Made by a program: the position numbers and the translations under genes. The notes below the pieces were generated by a model, which searched no databases, was not told the origin of the DNA, and worked only from the letters and a program-made list of their open reading frames with translations. 64,000 nucleotides of DNA from Octopus sinensis (taxonomy: Eukaryota), in NCBI RefSeq assembly GCF_006345805.1, contig NC_043011.1:248001-312000 (forward strand), written 5' to 3'. Positions 13,151-25,859 of this stretch are shown here, piece by piece (positions within the stretch are counted from its first letter, which is position 1; each line of letters begins with the position of its first letter).

Positions 13151-15558
13151 GTTAAGCAGCAATACCACCTTCACCACACACTAGAAACAAACCACTACCA
13201 TTACTGCCACCTCTACCACCGCCACTACTACCATACTTACTAAGACAGTCAGCACTACGCTGCTGCTACTACCCCACATCCATTATGACAAACAGCACCA
13301 CCGTCACTACCACCAACACTACCACCGTCACTACCACACAACCATAACCACCACTACCATCACATTAACAATGAATAATACATACCTCTTCTTGTCACTC
13401 AAATACGCCGACACCACCCCCACCATCACAGACACCACCACCCCACCATCATATCCATCATCATCAATATCAATATCAACAGCATCATTATCATCTCCAT
13501 TAACAAACCCCCGCCGCTCACTCATCGCCCACCACCACCACCACCACCACTTCCACCTCAAACACCCCTCCACCACATCACCCGCCTTCTAACAAATGCG
13601 GAATTTATGAAAGGGGTGTCGATGTTTGCAAGGAGACAAAACGGCGTCTTGTGTCCATTTCACAGCCACCCGTAACTTTGGCCACCCCGCCCACCCGTTT
13701 CCGTCACTGACCATTAACACTTCATTACCACACTATCCTCCTCCTCACCACCATCATCACCCCCCACTACCCCCACTACCCCACCACCAACACCAAAAAC
13801 AATAACAATAACAACACTACGACCACGACCACTGGTCGCTGACCATTGACTACTAGCGCCTCACCACCACCGCCACCGCCACTACCACCACACAAAGATA
13901 TCGCACACGTCAGCGTGATATCTAGTATGTGGCTCCTCTACCTGCTAGAAATAATGACCAAATCTTCATCAAATCTCACCATATTGTCTTGAATACAGAA
14001 AGACATACTGCACAATTGCACAGTGATGTACAAAAAGGACTGGACGGTCATATTTGGAATACCATTAATCAAGCATAAAGCTGATGAACCAGGACTGACC
14101 TAGGGCTAAATATTATGATCGTCACATTAAAATCATGATCGCTTCCTCTACCAGTACCAGCAGCGCCATCACCGTTTGTATGTGAGAATGATGGTGTTTA
14201 GTCCTAGGTCTGTAAACAAGGGCACCTGTGAGTAGTTGCTTAATCTGCTAGAAATAACAGTAACATATCCTTCACCATAGATCCTAATGGCTACAAAATG
14301 TAAATACTTGTTAAATATGATCCTGGCTTCTCTACACACAGGAAAAAGACGGGATGGTCACGGCTGAAATGTGTTTTACTTATAAGGCCTTCCGGTTTTA
14401 GGACTGAACAGGGGCTAAAGAACAACAACAACAACAGCAACAACCTCCAGTACACCACCTACATCACCACCACCACCATCACCACCATCACCACCACCAC
14501 CTGTCTCCACTCCTACTTGGTCAAATAACGGGTGGTTTTATTATCGCTGTCCATTAAGGGTGGCAATTTAACAAGCAATTGAAGACAGACTCTCTGACTG
14601 CGTTTTAGGGTAGATCATTTCACACTTAAGGGTGGGAACTTTGATCGTTTGAACTGTTAGATATAGCAACCATATCTCACACAAATTACACCCTATTGTC
14701 TTAAATAACGGAATCTAGTCAACGAGAGAGCTTCTACGTGGCCATTTGGCTTACTAGAAATAGCAAGCAAATCACCCTCTCAGAAAATAAAGTAATCACA
14801 ACCAGTACCACCAGCACCACCCTCCTCCTCATCATCATCCTGGTCGTCATCATCGTTATCGTCGTCGTCGTCATCATCATCATCATCATCATCATCACAA
14901 TCATCTTTCTTTTTTCTTTTAATGGTTTCTGTCGTACGACTGCGACCATGCTGGGGCACCGCCTTATCGTTACCATTTATCGTCGTCATCCTTATCACTA
15001 TCACCATTACCATCAACACCTTGTGCTTCTTCCTCCTACTTTTCCCCCTACTCATCTCGAATACCACTGAATCTCCCCCTTCACCATCATAATCACTATC
15101 AACACCTCCGCCCAAGCCACCCCCCACAGAGACGTCAAGATCCATTAGTAATCCCCAAACAGTCCTTACACCCTATCCCCTCCCACTCCAGTGATGTTGA
15201 CATATTTTCCCACATTCACCTGAGATGGAACCCACTTCCTTCCAGCTCACGGCGTGGGAACTTCTCACCAAGAACCATCAAGCAAAATGGAAGCCCAGTG
15301 ATTAATGGCTCCGCGCAACATCTTTAGCATCGCTATTTCAGCTTCCTTGCTTCTGCTGCTTGTCACACTACTACTACTACTACTCTACTACTACTACTAC
15401 CACTACTACTGCTGCTACTGCTGCTGCTGCTGCTGCTGCGGCTACAACTACCGCTGCTATTACTAGTGCTGCTACTATTGCTACTACGACTACTACTATT
15501 ACAACTGCTATTGTTGCTGATACTGCCGCCGCCGCTACTACTACTCCTACTCCTACTC

Positions 15559-15606
<48 letters not shown>

Positions 15607-15794
15607 ACACCATCACCATATATACTTCTAGATATTTCGCAGATTTTGCTCAGAAAAGGGCGCGAAAAACCGCTTTTCTCTTAATTTTGTTCTGGACTTG
15701 AAATTGGCACCAAGAACCGATTCCTAAATACACACACACACATACAGACAGATACGTACATACACACACCGACAAAGACTGATGTGTAGGGCTC

Positions 15795-16560
15795 GTTGGT
15801 CATCGTCGTTTCCCCGAGGGCTGGTCTCCAGATGTTTGAGCCTCACAGATATCACTGCAGATCCACTGTGCATTCCTTCGGCCTCCTCCCATTGCCATGC
15901 CATTATAATGCTGGTCGCTTTCTACGCCATGCTGCCCTTAACAAAATCATAAACCAAGGCCTATATGCCGCAGGCTTCCCTTTCCAACTCGAGCCAACGG
16001 AACTAGACCCAGGGGACGATAAAAAGCCTAACGGTATTCCAATTTAAGGGCGGCGAGCTGGCAGAGTGGTTAGCACACTGGTCGAAATACTTACCGGTAT
16101 TTCGTCTGCCTTTACGTTCTGAGTTCAAATTCCGCCAAGGACAACTTTGCCTTTCATCCTTTCGGGGTCGATTAAATAAGTACCAGTCACGCACTGAGGT
16201 CGATATAATCGACTTAATCCGTTTGTCTGTCCTTGTTTGTTCTCTCTGTGTTTATCCCCTTGTGAGTAGTAAAGAAATAGGTATCCCAATTTTCCCGTTC
16301 TCTGGTGGCTGATGCCACATGTTATATCTTCTCAGACTGAGAAAAGCAAACTGTCACGGTATTGGACGCTCTCTGACAGGTTTGTGGTCAAGCTTGTAAC
16401 AGTGAAGACCTCTTGCGTTCTCGGCCCCTGGATCATATCCCTGCTGACCGCTATTGGGGCGGAGATGGCTGTCCGCAAATGAAAGCTCTGTGAGTTAGAA
16501 TGACTGTTCCGGTGCGATTGCTTCGGCGTCCTCTTTGCAACACCTTTTCCATTTTGTCTG
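15795..16560 (+). pseudogene. CRE/R2-group non-LTR element, C-terminal zinc-knuckle plus REL endonuclease fragment, split by a SINE
   Basis: GLQMFEPHRYHC...AGRFLRHAALNKIINQGLYAAGFPFQLEPTELDPGDDKKPNGIPI resembles RH..LN.II..AL..AG.P..LEP.GL...DGKRPDG. After the SINE the homology resumes with FPF...DATC...VTVKTSCVLGP. Confidence 0.7.
16046..16279 (+). mobile_element. tRNA-derived SINE (family 3) with 13-bp TSD
   Basis: GGCGGCGAGCTGGCAGAGTGGTTAGCAC head and GAGTTCAAATTCC B-box. Flanked by GGTATTCCAATTT (16033-16045) and GGTATCCCAATTT (16280-16292). Confidence 0.85.
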
Positions 16561-16686
16561 CTGAGATCACGAGGCAGCCTGAGTTTCAGGTGATGGAGAA
16601 AATTAAAGAATTTCGTCGCTTACTACGCGAACTCGTCCATTACGTTACTAATTAGCATCTATAAATATTGATCAGTAAACAGGTAT

Positions 16687-16701
16687 ACGTCAATGACGTC
16701 A
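16687..16701. promoter_or_regulatory. Full CRE/ATF palindrome with adjacent half-site in a CpG-rich unique segment
   Basis: TGACGTCA at 16694-16701, ACGTCA at 16687-16692, and an inverted CCAAT (ATTGG) near 16842. Motif match only. Confidence 0.3.
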
Positions 16702-17053
16702 CGCGTGGAGAAAGGATAAAAACAAACATGACTTTCTAAGCAGAATTCGATTCTGCTACAAAACAAACGCGCCAGTGGTGACACATAGCTCCATAAATTT
16801 ATATGTACCGTCCGCGCATAGAAAAACATGCACAGATCCCTATTGGCCGATCGTGATGCTAATCACCATTAGATGCTGCTTATATTATCAATCAATCAAT
16901 CAATCAATCAGTCAGTCAGTCAGTCAGTAAAAGTGATTAAAAGCACAGGCTGATCTACCATTTGCGCTATAGTTTTATTTAAACATAGCCGAGAGTTGCG
17001 AACAATGATCACAAGAAGCTATAGAATGCATTTTATGTGTTGGTCATTATAAA

Positions 17054-17443
17054 TCTCTATATATAAAGCTGAAGTTGTCTGTGTGTGGCAGGTTTGGTAG
17101 CCTTCAACTAACACTATCTCCTCCGAGACCCTGCGGCGCAAGTTGACCAAAACTGAGAGTATGGTAGAAGAAGGCTTGCTCTTCCTTCCGTAGAATAAAA
17201 AATTCAAATCGGACCATGTTAGCACCAAAAATTATTTACATCAAAAAGGTGCTTTTTTTCTATGAAAATATTTATTTTTTACGATTTTTTGACTGCTGTG
17301 TCACCATTTTTCGGTGTATTTCAACCAGAAAAATATTCACTTAAAGAGAATAATAAGCTACATAATGCAAAATTTTTACTTTTCAAAAATTCCAATTCTA
17401 AATGGTCGAAACAAACCCGAGCTACGCCGGGCGGTACTGCTAG
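17054..17443 (+). mobile_element. Non-autonomous Helitron
   Basis: 5' A|TCTCTATATATAAAG, 3' hairpin CCCGAGCTACGCCGGG (17416-17431), terminal CTAG|T. It is inserted between A and T with no TSD. Confidence 0.85.
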
Positions 17444-17741
17444 TATATCATAAAAGCTGTGTGACTTATCGTCGGTATTTAGTATTACTGCATCAACATG
17501 AGCACCTTTCTCCTTGCTAATTGTCGCTAGTCGTTGTTGCTAGAGAGTTAGAAAACCGACGCATAACTTAAAGAGAGGTGCAGAATGATAGACTCCGAAT
17601 ACATCTCAATCACCTGAAAAGAAAAAGAAAAAAAATGGTGGTTTCAAATTTTGGCACAAGGCCAGCAATTTGGGGGAAAGGCGACTGGGGATGAGTCGAT
17701 TCGATTGACCCTGGTGCTCAGTTAGTACCTATTTTATCGAC

Positions 17742-17774
<33 letters not shown>

Positions 17775-17776
17775 GT

Positions 17777-18157
17777 GGAGGCGCAATGGCCCAGTGGTTA
17801 GGGCAGCGGACTCTCGGTCATAGGATCGCGGTTTCGATTCCCAGACCGGGCGTTGTGAGTGTTTATTGAGCGAAAACACCTAAAGCTCCACGAGGCTCCG
17901 GCAGGGATGGTGGTGATCCCTGCTGTACTCTTTCACCACAACTTTCTCTCACTCTTACTTCCTGTTTCTGTTGTACCTGTATTTCAAAGGGCCGGCCTTG
18001 TCACTCTCTGTGTCACGCTAAATATACCCGAGAACTACGTTAAGGGTACACGTGTCTGTGGAGTGCTCAGCCACTTACACGTTAATTTCACGAGCAGGCT
18101 GTTCCGTTGATTCGGATCAACCGGAACCCTCGTCGTCGTAACCGACGGAGTGCTTCC
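17777..18157 (+). mobile_element. Full-length tRNA-derived SINE (family 2-related)
   Basis: A box TGGCCCAGTGG and B box GGTTTCGATTCC. The 3' block GTCTGTGGAGTGCTCAGCCACTT...GTCGTAACCGACGGAGT also occurs at about 41640-41740. Confidence 0.8.
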
Positions 18158-19193
18158 GTCCAGTGGTGGTGGTGGTGGTGGCAGTGGCTGTATTCGTGAT
18201 GATGGTGATGTTGATGGATGGCATATAGTGGCTTTGACATTGTGGTTGACGGACTGAACAGCAATGAATATCACCACATGGCAACATCACATGATAGAGT
18301 CACATGATAACACCCATCACATAACGCCACGTTGTAACATCATAACAAGTAGTTCCTCGACTAAAATAGCAGCAAAACGCCCCTCAGATCACTCGTGGGG
18401 AAAAGATGAGGTGATCACGGTTGGAATGCCTTTGGTTATAGGTCTGTCCATTATGGATGGTTAGAGATTACACAACAACAACCACCTAATAACTTTGAAT
18501 GAACGAGAGAGTCCGTCATGTGGCAGTTTGATTCTCTAGAAATAGCAGTCAAATCTTCAATTTACTCTCTACTGTTTTCAGGGTATATTGAATAGTGTGA
18601 TCCAAGATAGACTGTATCTGAAAAACAAACATAATGATGGGATGGTCACAGCTGGAACCTCATTTGATCATAGGTTTTCTTGATACGATTTGACCGGGGG
18701 TTAAATAACAACATCCATCGGTAACTTGGAGGTAAAATCTGTTAGCAATATAAATTAAAAATTTTTGCACAAGGTCAGCAATTAAGGGGAATAGGGAAAA
18801 TGGATTGCGTCTGCCTCCAGGGCTCAACTGGAACTTATTTGACCGACCGCGAATGAATGAAAAGCAAAGTCGACCTCGGCAGAATTTGAACTCAGAACAT
18901 AAAGGCACACGAAATGCTGCAAAGCATTTTACCCGGCGCGCCAAGGATTCGGCCAGCTCGCCGCCCTTAATCTGTTCGTAATATAATTAAGAGAAACACC
19001 TGACGATGTAATTAATTCGTTTCAGTATAGCTCCACCTTACTAATTAATAAAACAAACCACATCTATCAGATATTAATTAGTAATTATGTTAATTGACAA
19101 CATATATTCGTGTGCTATCTAGGTGAAAGCGAAAGAAAAGTTGAGGAGGGAATGACAGAAACACACACACACACATGCGCGCACACACACACA

Positions 19194-19224
<31 letters not shown>

Positions 19225-19499
19225 CGCACGCACGCAAAGGTGCACGAGGGAGGGGTGACTGTTGCCACTGACCCTGATGTTTGCTATTCCAAGAATTTCA
19301 GTTCCGTGCCTTTTATTGTCTGAGATAATCTGGAGATAATTTATTTTTCTTTATTTATTTCTTCTTAATTATATGTGTGTGTGTGTGTGTGTGTATTTAT
19401 ATATACACACACACATACATATATATACATGTATGCATGTTTATATATGTATGGATATATATATATATATATAGATATATATATATATATATATATATA

Positions 19500-19545
<46 letters not shown>

Positions 19546-19880
19546 GTATGTATGTATGTATGTATGTATGTTTGTATGTATGTATGTATGTATGCTTGTA
19601 TGTATCGTATAACAAGAGGTATAGTACAGCGTCACAGGTTACAGGTGTATTATAAGATCGTAGGTTACCGGTCGATAAATAATTTATCATCGATACTTCG
19701 GATGGGGAAAATAGGTGACCTTGTAGAGATATCGGAGTGACTTTAGGGTGGAGGCAACACACGCACACACATTTGGAATTTAAAAAATGAAAAGAGAAAA
19801 AACAAACAAAACAAAAGACGAAGACGAGTGTGTAAACAACAAACAGATGTATTAGTTTAACGCTTGGGAAGTGAGAAAGT

Positions 19881-19916
19881 CTTTTACGTTTCGAGCCTAC
19901 GCTCTTCAACAGAAAG
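19881..19916 (-). ncRNA. Ultra-minimal hammerhead-like motif (CUGUUGA variant)
   Basis: Minus strand: CTTT CTGTTGA A GAGC GTAG GCTC GAAAC GTA AAAG. Stem I CTTT/AAAG. Same family as 1218-1253. Confidence 0.5.
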
Positions 19917-19980
19917 GAACACAGAAATAAACAGGGAGAGAAAATAGAAAAAGGTTTAGTGGCTAACGATCTATCATGGC

Positions 19981-20089
<109 letters not shown>

Positions 20090-20133
20090 ATCATACATAC
20101 TACATACATACATACATACACACATATATATAG

Positions 20134-20169
<36 letters not shown>

Positions 20170-20537
20170 CTTTTATTCTTTTACTTGTTTCAGTCATTTG
20201 ACTGCCACCATGCTGGAGCACCGCCTTAAGGGGTTTGAGTTGAACAAATCGACCCCAGGACTTATTCTTTGTAAGCCTGATACTTATTCTATCGATATCC
20301 TTGACTGTACCGCTAGATCACGGGGACGTAAACATACCAACATCGGTTGTCAAGCGATGGTGGGAGCCATATATATACATACACACACAACAGACTTCTT
20401 TCAGTTTCCCTCTCCCAAATCCATTCACAAGGCTTTCGTCGGCTCGAGTTTATGGTGGAAGATACTTGCTTGCATGTATGCATGTATGTATATTGAATAT
20501 ATTGTTTATACTTATACTATATGTTACCTATATATAT

Positions 20538-20595
<58 letters not shown>

Positions 20596-20885
20596 TACGT
20601 ACTTGTATGTGAGTGTGTGTTTGTGTCTACGTTTGTCTCCTACCACCTCTTGAAAAGCGGTTACTTAGCGGTTCGACAAAAGACCTTGGGTCGATTCATT
20701 TGAATAAAACTCTTCAGGGCGGTGCCCCAGTCTGGCCGCAGTCTAATGACTAAAACAATTAAACGATAAAAAATAAAAAAAACACAACGAATGCGTGGAG
20801 TGCAGAGGCCGGTTGCTCTGTAGCCTTCTACACATGAGTCTATCCCACACGTGCCTATAGTCACCGACTCGGTCTGCCGTGCAAT

Positions 20886-21111
20886 ACTTTTCTATTTATT
20901 TCTACTCTAGGCACAAGGCCCGAAATTTGGGGGAGGGGGCCAGTCGATGACATCGACCCCAGTACGCAACTGGTACTTAATTTATCAACCCCGAAAGGAT
21001 GAAAGGCAAAGTCGACCTTGGAGGAATTTGAACTCAGAACGTAAAGACAGACGAAACACCGCTAAGCATTTCGCCCGGCGTGCTAACCATTCTGCCAGCT
21101 CGCCCTCTTGA
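20886..21111 (-). mobile_element. SINE family 3 with perfect 13-bp TSD
   Basis: TCTGCCGTGCAAT at 20873-20885 and 21112-21124. The body matches 16046-16279 in reverse over the head and middle. Confidence 0.85.
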
Positions 21112-21589
21112 TCTGCCGTGCAATTCTGCAAAAGATTAAAAGACAGTGATGTTATTTGCAGAAATCATAGAATATTTATTGAAATAAATTATTAAGAGAA
21201 GTTGATCAACCAGATTCGAAGAGAACATTTCTGCGAGCAAACACAGTTGCAGCGTTGATATTTCGGTTTTGCTACCTGTCCAACTATGACAATCGACTTC
21301 CGGTTGTTGTTAATTTATTTTCATAATTTTCATCACTAAACTGTCTTTTCTTCACGTTTTTCTTTTCTTTTTTGTTGAAGATGACGCAACACGATGAAAT
21401 ATTGATTCAAATACGCTCGTCGTATCCTATGCATGCGGGTGTGTGCGTGCGTGTGTATGTGTGTGTGCCCGTGTATTATTCACACACACACACATACATA
21501 CATATATGTTTATACATATATATATATACATAATATATATATTATATATATATTATATATATATATATATATTAATATATATATATATA

Positions 21590-21632
<43 letters not shown>

Positions 21633-21716
21633 TAAACTTACTTGGAAATACATATAAATAATATACATACATATATATATATATATATGCATATAGACAT
21701 AAACATACATACATAC

Positions 21717-21747
<31 letters not shown>

Positions 21748-23548
21748 CCCCTTCATGTGCATATAGACATATACATACATACATACATACATACATACAT
21801 ACATACATACATACATACATACATACATACAATATATATATGTGTGTGTGTGTGTGTGTATGCATATATCATCAGACTATCAGATGTTGTTATACACTGC
21901 TGGTCACAATGCGCTTCGTCCCACCATTGTAGCTAGGTGGCCAGGCAACATTTCAACTGAATAAGACACCTGGCCATCGTAGGGTCACCCATTTGCAACT
22001 GGGTGAACTGAAGTGATTTGCTGAAGAACATAATGTACTGCTTTTGGGGGAAGCGAAACCACGGTGTTGTGATCGTGAGAGCAGCCACAAGGCCTCGTGT
22101 CTTCAAATACACACATAATGTATAGTGGAAGAGATAAACAACGTCTGTGTTTCGGTATCAGCCACATTAGAACAAATATAATCATCCTAAATAACCTATT
22201 AAATACTCTTCGTCCATAAAACTATTAGCAAATTATGTATCTCTGCCTGTCTGCCTGTCTGTATGCATCTGTGTGTGTGTGTTTGTGTGTGTATGTGTGT
22301 GTGTGTGTGTGTGCGTGTGTGTGTGTGTGTGTGCGTGTGTGTGTGTGTTTATGTGTGTGTGTGTGTGTGTGTGTGTGCGTGCGTGTGTGTGTGCGTGCGT
22401 GTGTGTGTGCGTGCGTGCGAAGTCTCAGAAATTCAGACGGACATGTGTTCCCCAGAACAGATCTTAATTCGTGAAAACAGATGGCAACAAACTATTTAAT
22501 GTTCTCAATTAAATATTTAAAACGACTTAATGAGATTCCAGAGCTGTAGCGAATGTTATCTGCGATATCTTCGGTTCACAGGGGCAAAAGATCGACCGTT
22601 AGGGAGTCAAAAAGCTATCAATGTACAAAAAAAATCTCAGTTTGGAACGCAAGCGAATTGTGTCGAATTTTCGAGCAAAATGAGAAAAGCATGAAGTGTT
22701 AGGGTGTGGATGGTAGGAAAGAAGGGGCCACGGAAACTTAGATACGAAACTAGATGTGATAACTTTACTACACTCATCCGAAACTCTTGTTGAGCAGGGG
22801 ACTCGTTCTGCGAAGGACATTCACGTGTTACCAACAGAAAACAACGCACAACACCTCAGGAATCATTACTTGATACTATAACACAGCACACAACGTATAT
22901 ATATTCTACACAATCACCACCCGATACCACCGCCGCCGCCACCACCACCACCACCACCACCACCACCGCCGCCGCCGCCGCAACCACCACCACCACCATC
23001 ACCACCGCCGCCGCCGCAACCACCACCACCACCGCCGCCGCAGCCGCCGCCGCAACCACACCACCACCACCACCGCCCACCACCACCACCACCGCCGCCG
23101 CAACCACCACCACCACGATCATCGCTAACGCCATTATCACTAAATACCAGGCAACGGGAATATCACTTATCTGCTTGACTGACCTGCTAGAAATAACAGT
23201 GAAATTTCGTCAAAATCCCTGCCTTCTGTTTTAAAAAATAGAAGGAAATATTGGCTAATGTGATGGTCTTACAGTTAGAATGTCTAACTAAAATAACTTC
23301 GTTTAATTAGACATTCTAAATTTCTGAATTGACATTAATCAAAAGGTCTACTGGATCAGAAATAACCTGGGGTTAAACAACAAGAACAACAAGAACAACA
23401 CCAACAACAAGAACAACAACAACAACTCTGAATATTACAAATGACAAGATAACATCTCTCACTATCATCTCTCTCTCTTTCCCTTTCCCTCTGTCTAATC
23501 CATCCATCTCTCTCTCTCTCCTCTCTCTCTCTCTATACCTATACATAC

Positions 23549-23581
<33 letters not shown>

Positions 23582-23674
23582 CATATATATATGGAGAGAT
23601 GTACTCGCCATAGCAAGTACTTTTGTTTATATATATATGTATATATTATATATATTACTATATATATATGGTAT

Positions 23675-23785
<111 letters not shown>

Positions 23786-23801
23786 GATATATATATATAG
23801 G

Positions 23802-23834
<33 letters not shown>

Positions 23835-24154
23835 TAACCATGTATATGGATTTTTCTCTCTATCACTCGCCTATCATCCTCTCTACTTCACAACATAATT
23901 AAATGATGCCAATAAAATCGAATGGAATTCTAAACACCATTTTAAAAAGGCCACCCCCTAAGAAGTTGATTGTGGCAGGGAGCAATTAACGTACATAATT
24001 ACGCTCTGCGATTGGTTGGGTTCCAAGTATATTAAAAACCCATTTGGCCACGTTACGTTTTTCATGGCAGAAGCGCGGTTGTAAAAAAACAGACATAGCA
24101 TCCGTTTAGGACGCAATCGCGTACAATTGAGTTGAAATAACTGACTATATAGTC

Positions 24155-24169
24155 GCCAGCAGGGGGCGC
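24155..24169 (+). promoter_or_regulatory. Candidate CTCF site
   Basis: GCCAGCAGGGGGCGC matches the CCASYAGRKGGCRS core exactly. It lies in a CpG-rich non-repeat stretch (about 23950-24200) with ATTGG near 24010. Confidence 0.45.
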
Positions 24170-24315
24170 GAGAGGTTGTGAAGGCGGCGAGAGGTGGTGG
24201 TGGTCATGATGATTGTCAGTTGAAACAGATTAGATATGTAAGTATTCTTTTAGCCAGGACCGGGGGGAGACTTCTCTCTCTTTCTCTCTCTCTGTCCTTC
24301 ACCCTCCTCTCTCTC

Positions 24316-24361
<46 letters not shown>

Positions 24362-24713
24362 CAAACATGCTTACACTCACTCACACACACACACATGTAG
24401 ACATCATATGTACTGCAGATATATATACATATATACATATATATGTTTGTATGTACGTATGTGAGTACGTATGTATGTGTGTATACACACACACACGAAC
24501 CAGGATATGGTTTCTCATTTAAAATCTGTTGTTTTACACACACACACACACTCACACACTCACACACACAATTATATATGTTTATACACACTCGCACGTT
24601 ACGTTAGTGCGAACAACCTCATCCGGAGCCAATCTCTCCTCGACAAAACAATTGTGCGCGTGCACCCATTTCCACTCAAACACACACAAACATTCGTCTA
24701 CATAAGGACACAG

Positions 24714-24755
<42 letters not shown>

Positions 24756-25172
24756 ATGTGCTCCAAATAGGACTCCCTCTTTTCCCCTTGGTTTCTCTCT
24801 CTTATAAATCTTTCAAACTCTCTACTCCCCACCTCTCTGTCTGTCTGTCTTCTCTCTCTCTGTCAATTGACTTCAGCCAACCCAGAACCACCACCGCAAC
24901 GCCACCATCACCCCCGACGTCCCCCACCCGCACAGGTTCAATCAGTCGATATATTCCAGTTGATCATAAAAAATGACGGGAATTGTTTTGAGGTCATCAA
25001 TTGATGAGACTTTTAAACCAACTGTGAATTTAATGGCGAATGAGGAGAGATGGTGGCGGTGGCGTGATGTGTTTGTGGTGGTGGTGGTCGCGGGGTTGGG
25101 TGGCTGTTGAGGAGACAATAATAGGAACGGTAATGGACCCAATCATGCTGCTGTTGTTTTTGTTGGTGATGT

Positions 25173-25207
<35 letters not shown>

Positions 25208-25385
25208 TTGATGATGATGATGATGATGATGATGATATGATGATGATGTCGATGATGATGGCAATAATGATGGTGATGATGATGATGATGATGGCGATAA
25301 TGATGGTGATGATGATGATGGTGATGGTGTGGATGATGTTTACATGGCGACACTTTTAAGAATACTTACTTATTATAACCACTAG

Positions 25386-25428
<43 letters not shown>

Positions 25429-25475
25429 AACTACTACCAATAATAATAATAATAATAATAATAATAGGAGTAGTA

Positions 25476-25859
25476 ATGAAAATAAATTTGGTGATTGCAA
25501 GTTTAGAAGTCAATGATTATTCAAATATTTTAAACAAAAAAAAAAGTGTTTACAGATGTAAAATAAAATCTGGAAGTAAATGTTTCTTTTACGTAGGTGC
25601 GACGCAAAATTTTGTCAAGCGACGCATATCTAATCATATTTACACTTTTAATAATAGAATCAAGTTCTCTAGTACCAGCCTCAGTAAATTCATTTGGGAC
25701 TTGAAAGAAAAGAAAATTAGTTTTTCGGTGGAGTGGGAAATTATAAGCAAGGCTACTGCTTATAAGATTGGAAATTCCTTTTGTTTTCTCTGTCTTGAAG
25801 AGTTATACCAACTCCTATTCTCCAGGCGGTGCCTTTTAGATAAAAATATTGAGGCTTGA
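25476..25859 (+). pseudogene. GIY-YIG endonuclease domain of a Penelope-like element (isolated 3' fragment)
   Basis: VYRCKI...FYVGAT...KRRISNH...STSLSKFIWDLKEK...VEWEIISKATAY..G...CFLCLEE shows the GIY-YIG motifs, the catalytic Arg and the PLE C-terminal CxxC. No RT upstream; (TAA)n/(CTA)n precede it. Confidence 0.85.

Noticed and set aside
17777-17850. Genuine tRNA gene
   Set aside because: The A/B boxes are present but there is no proper cloverleaf or acceptor stem, and it continues into a SINE body repeated elsewhere.
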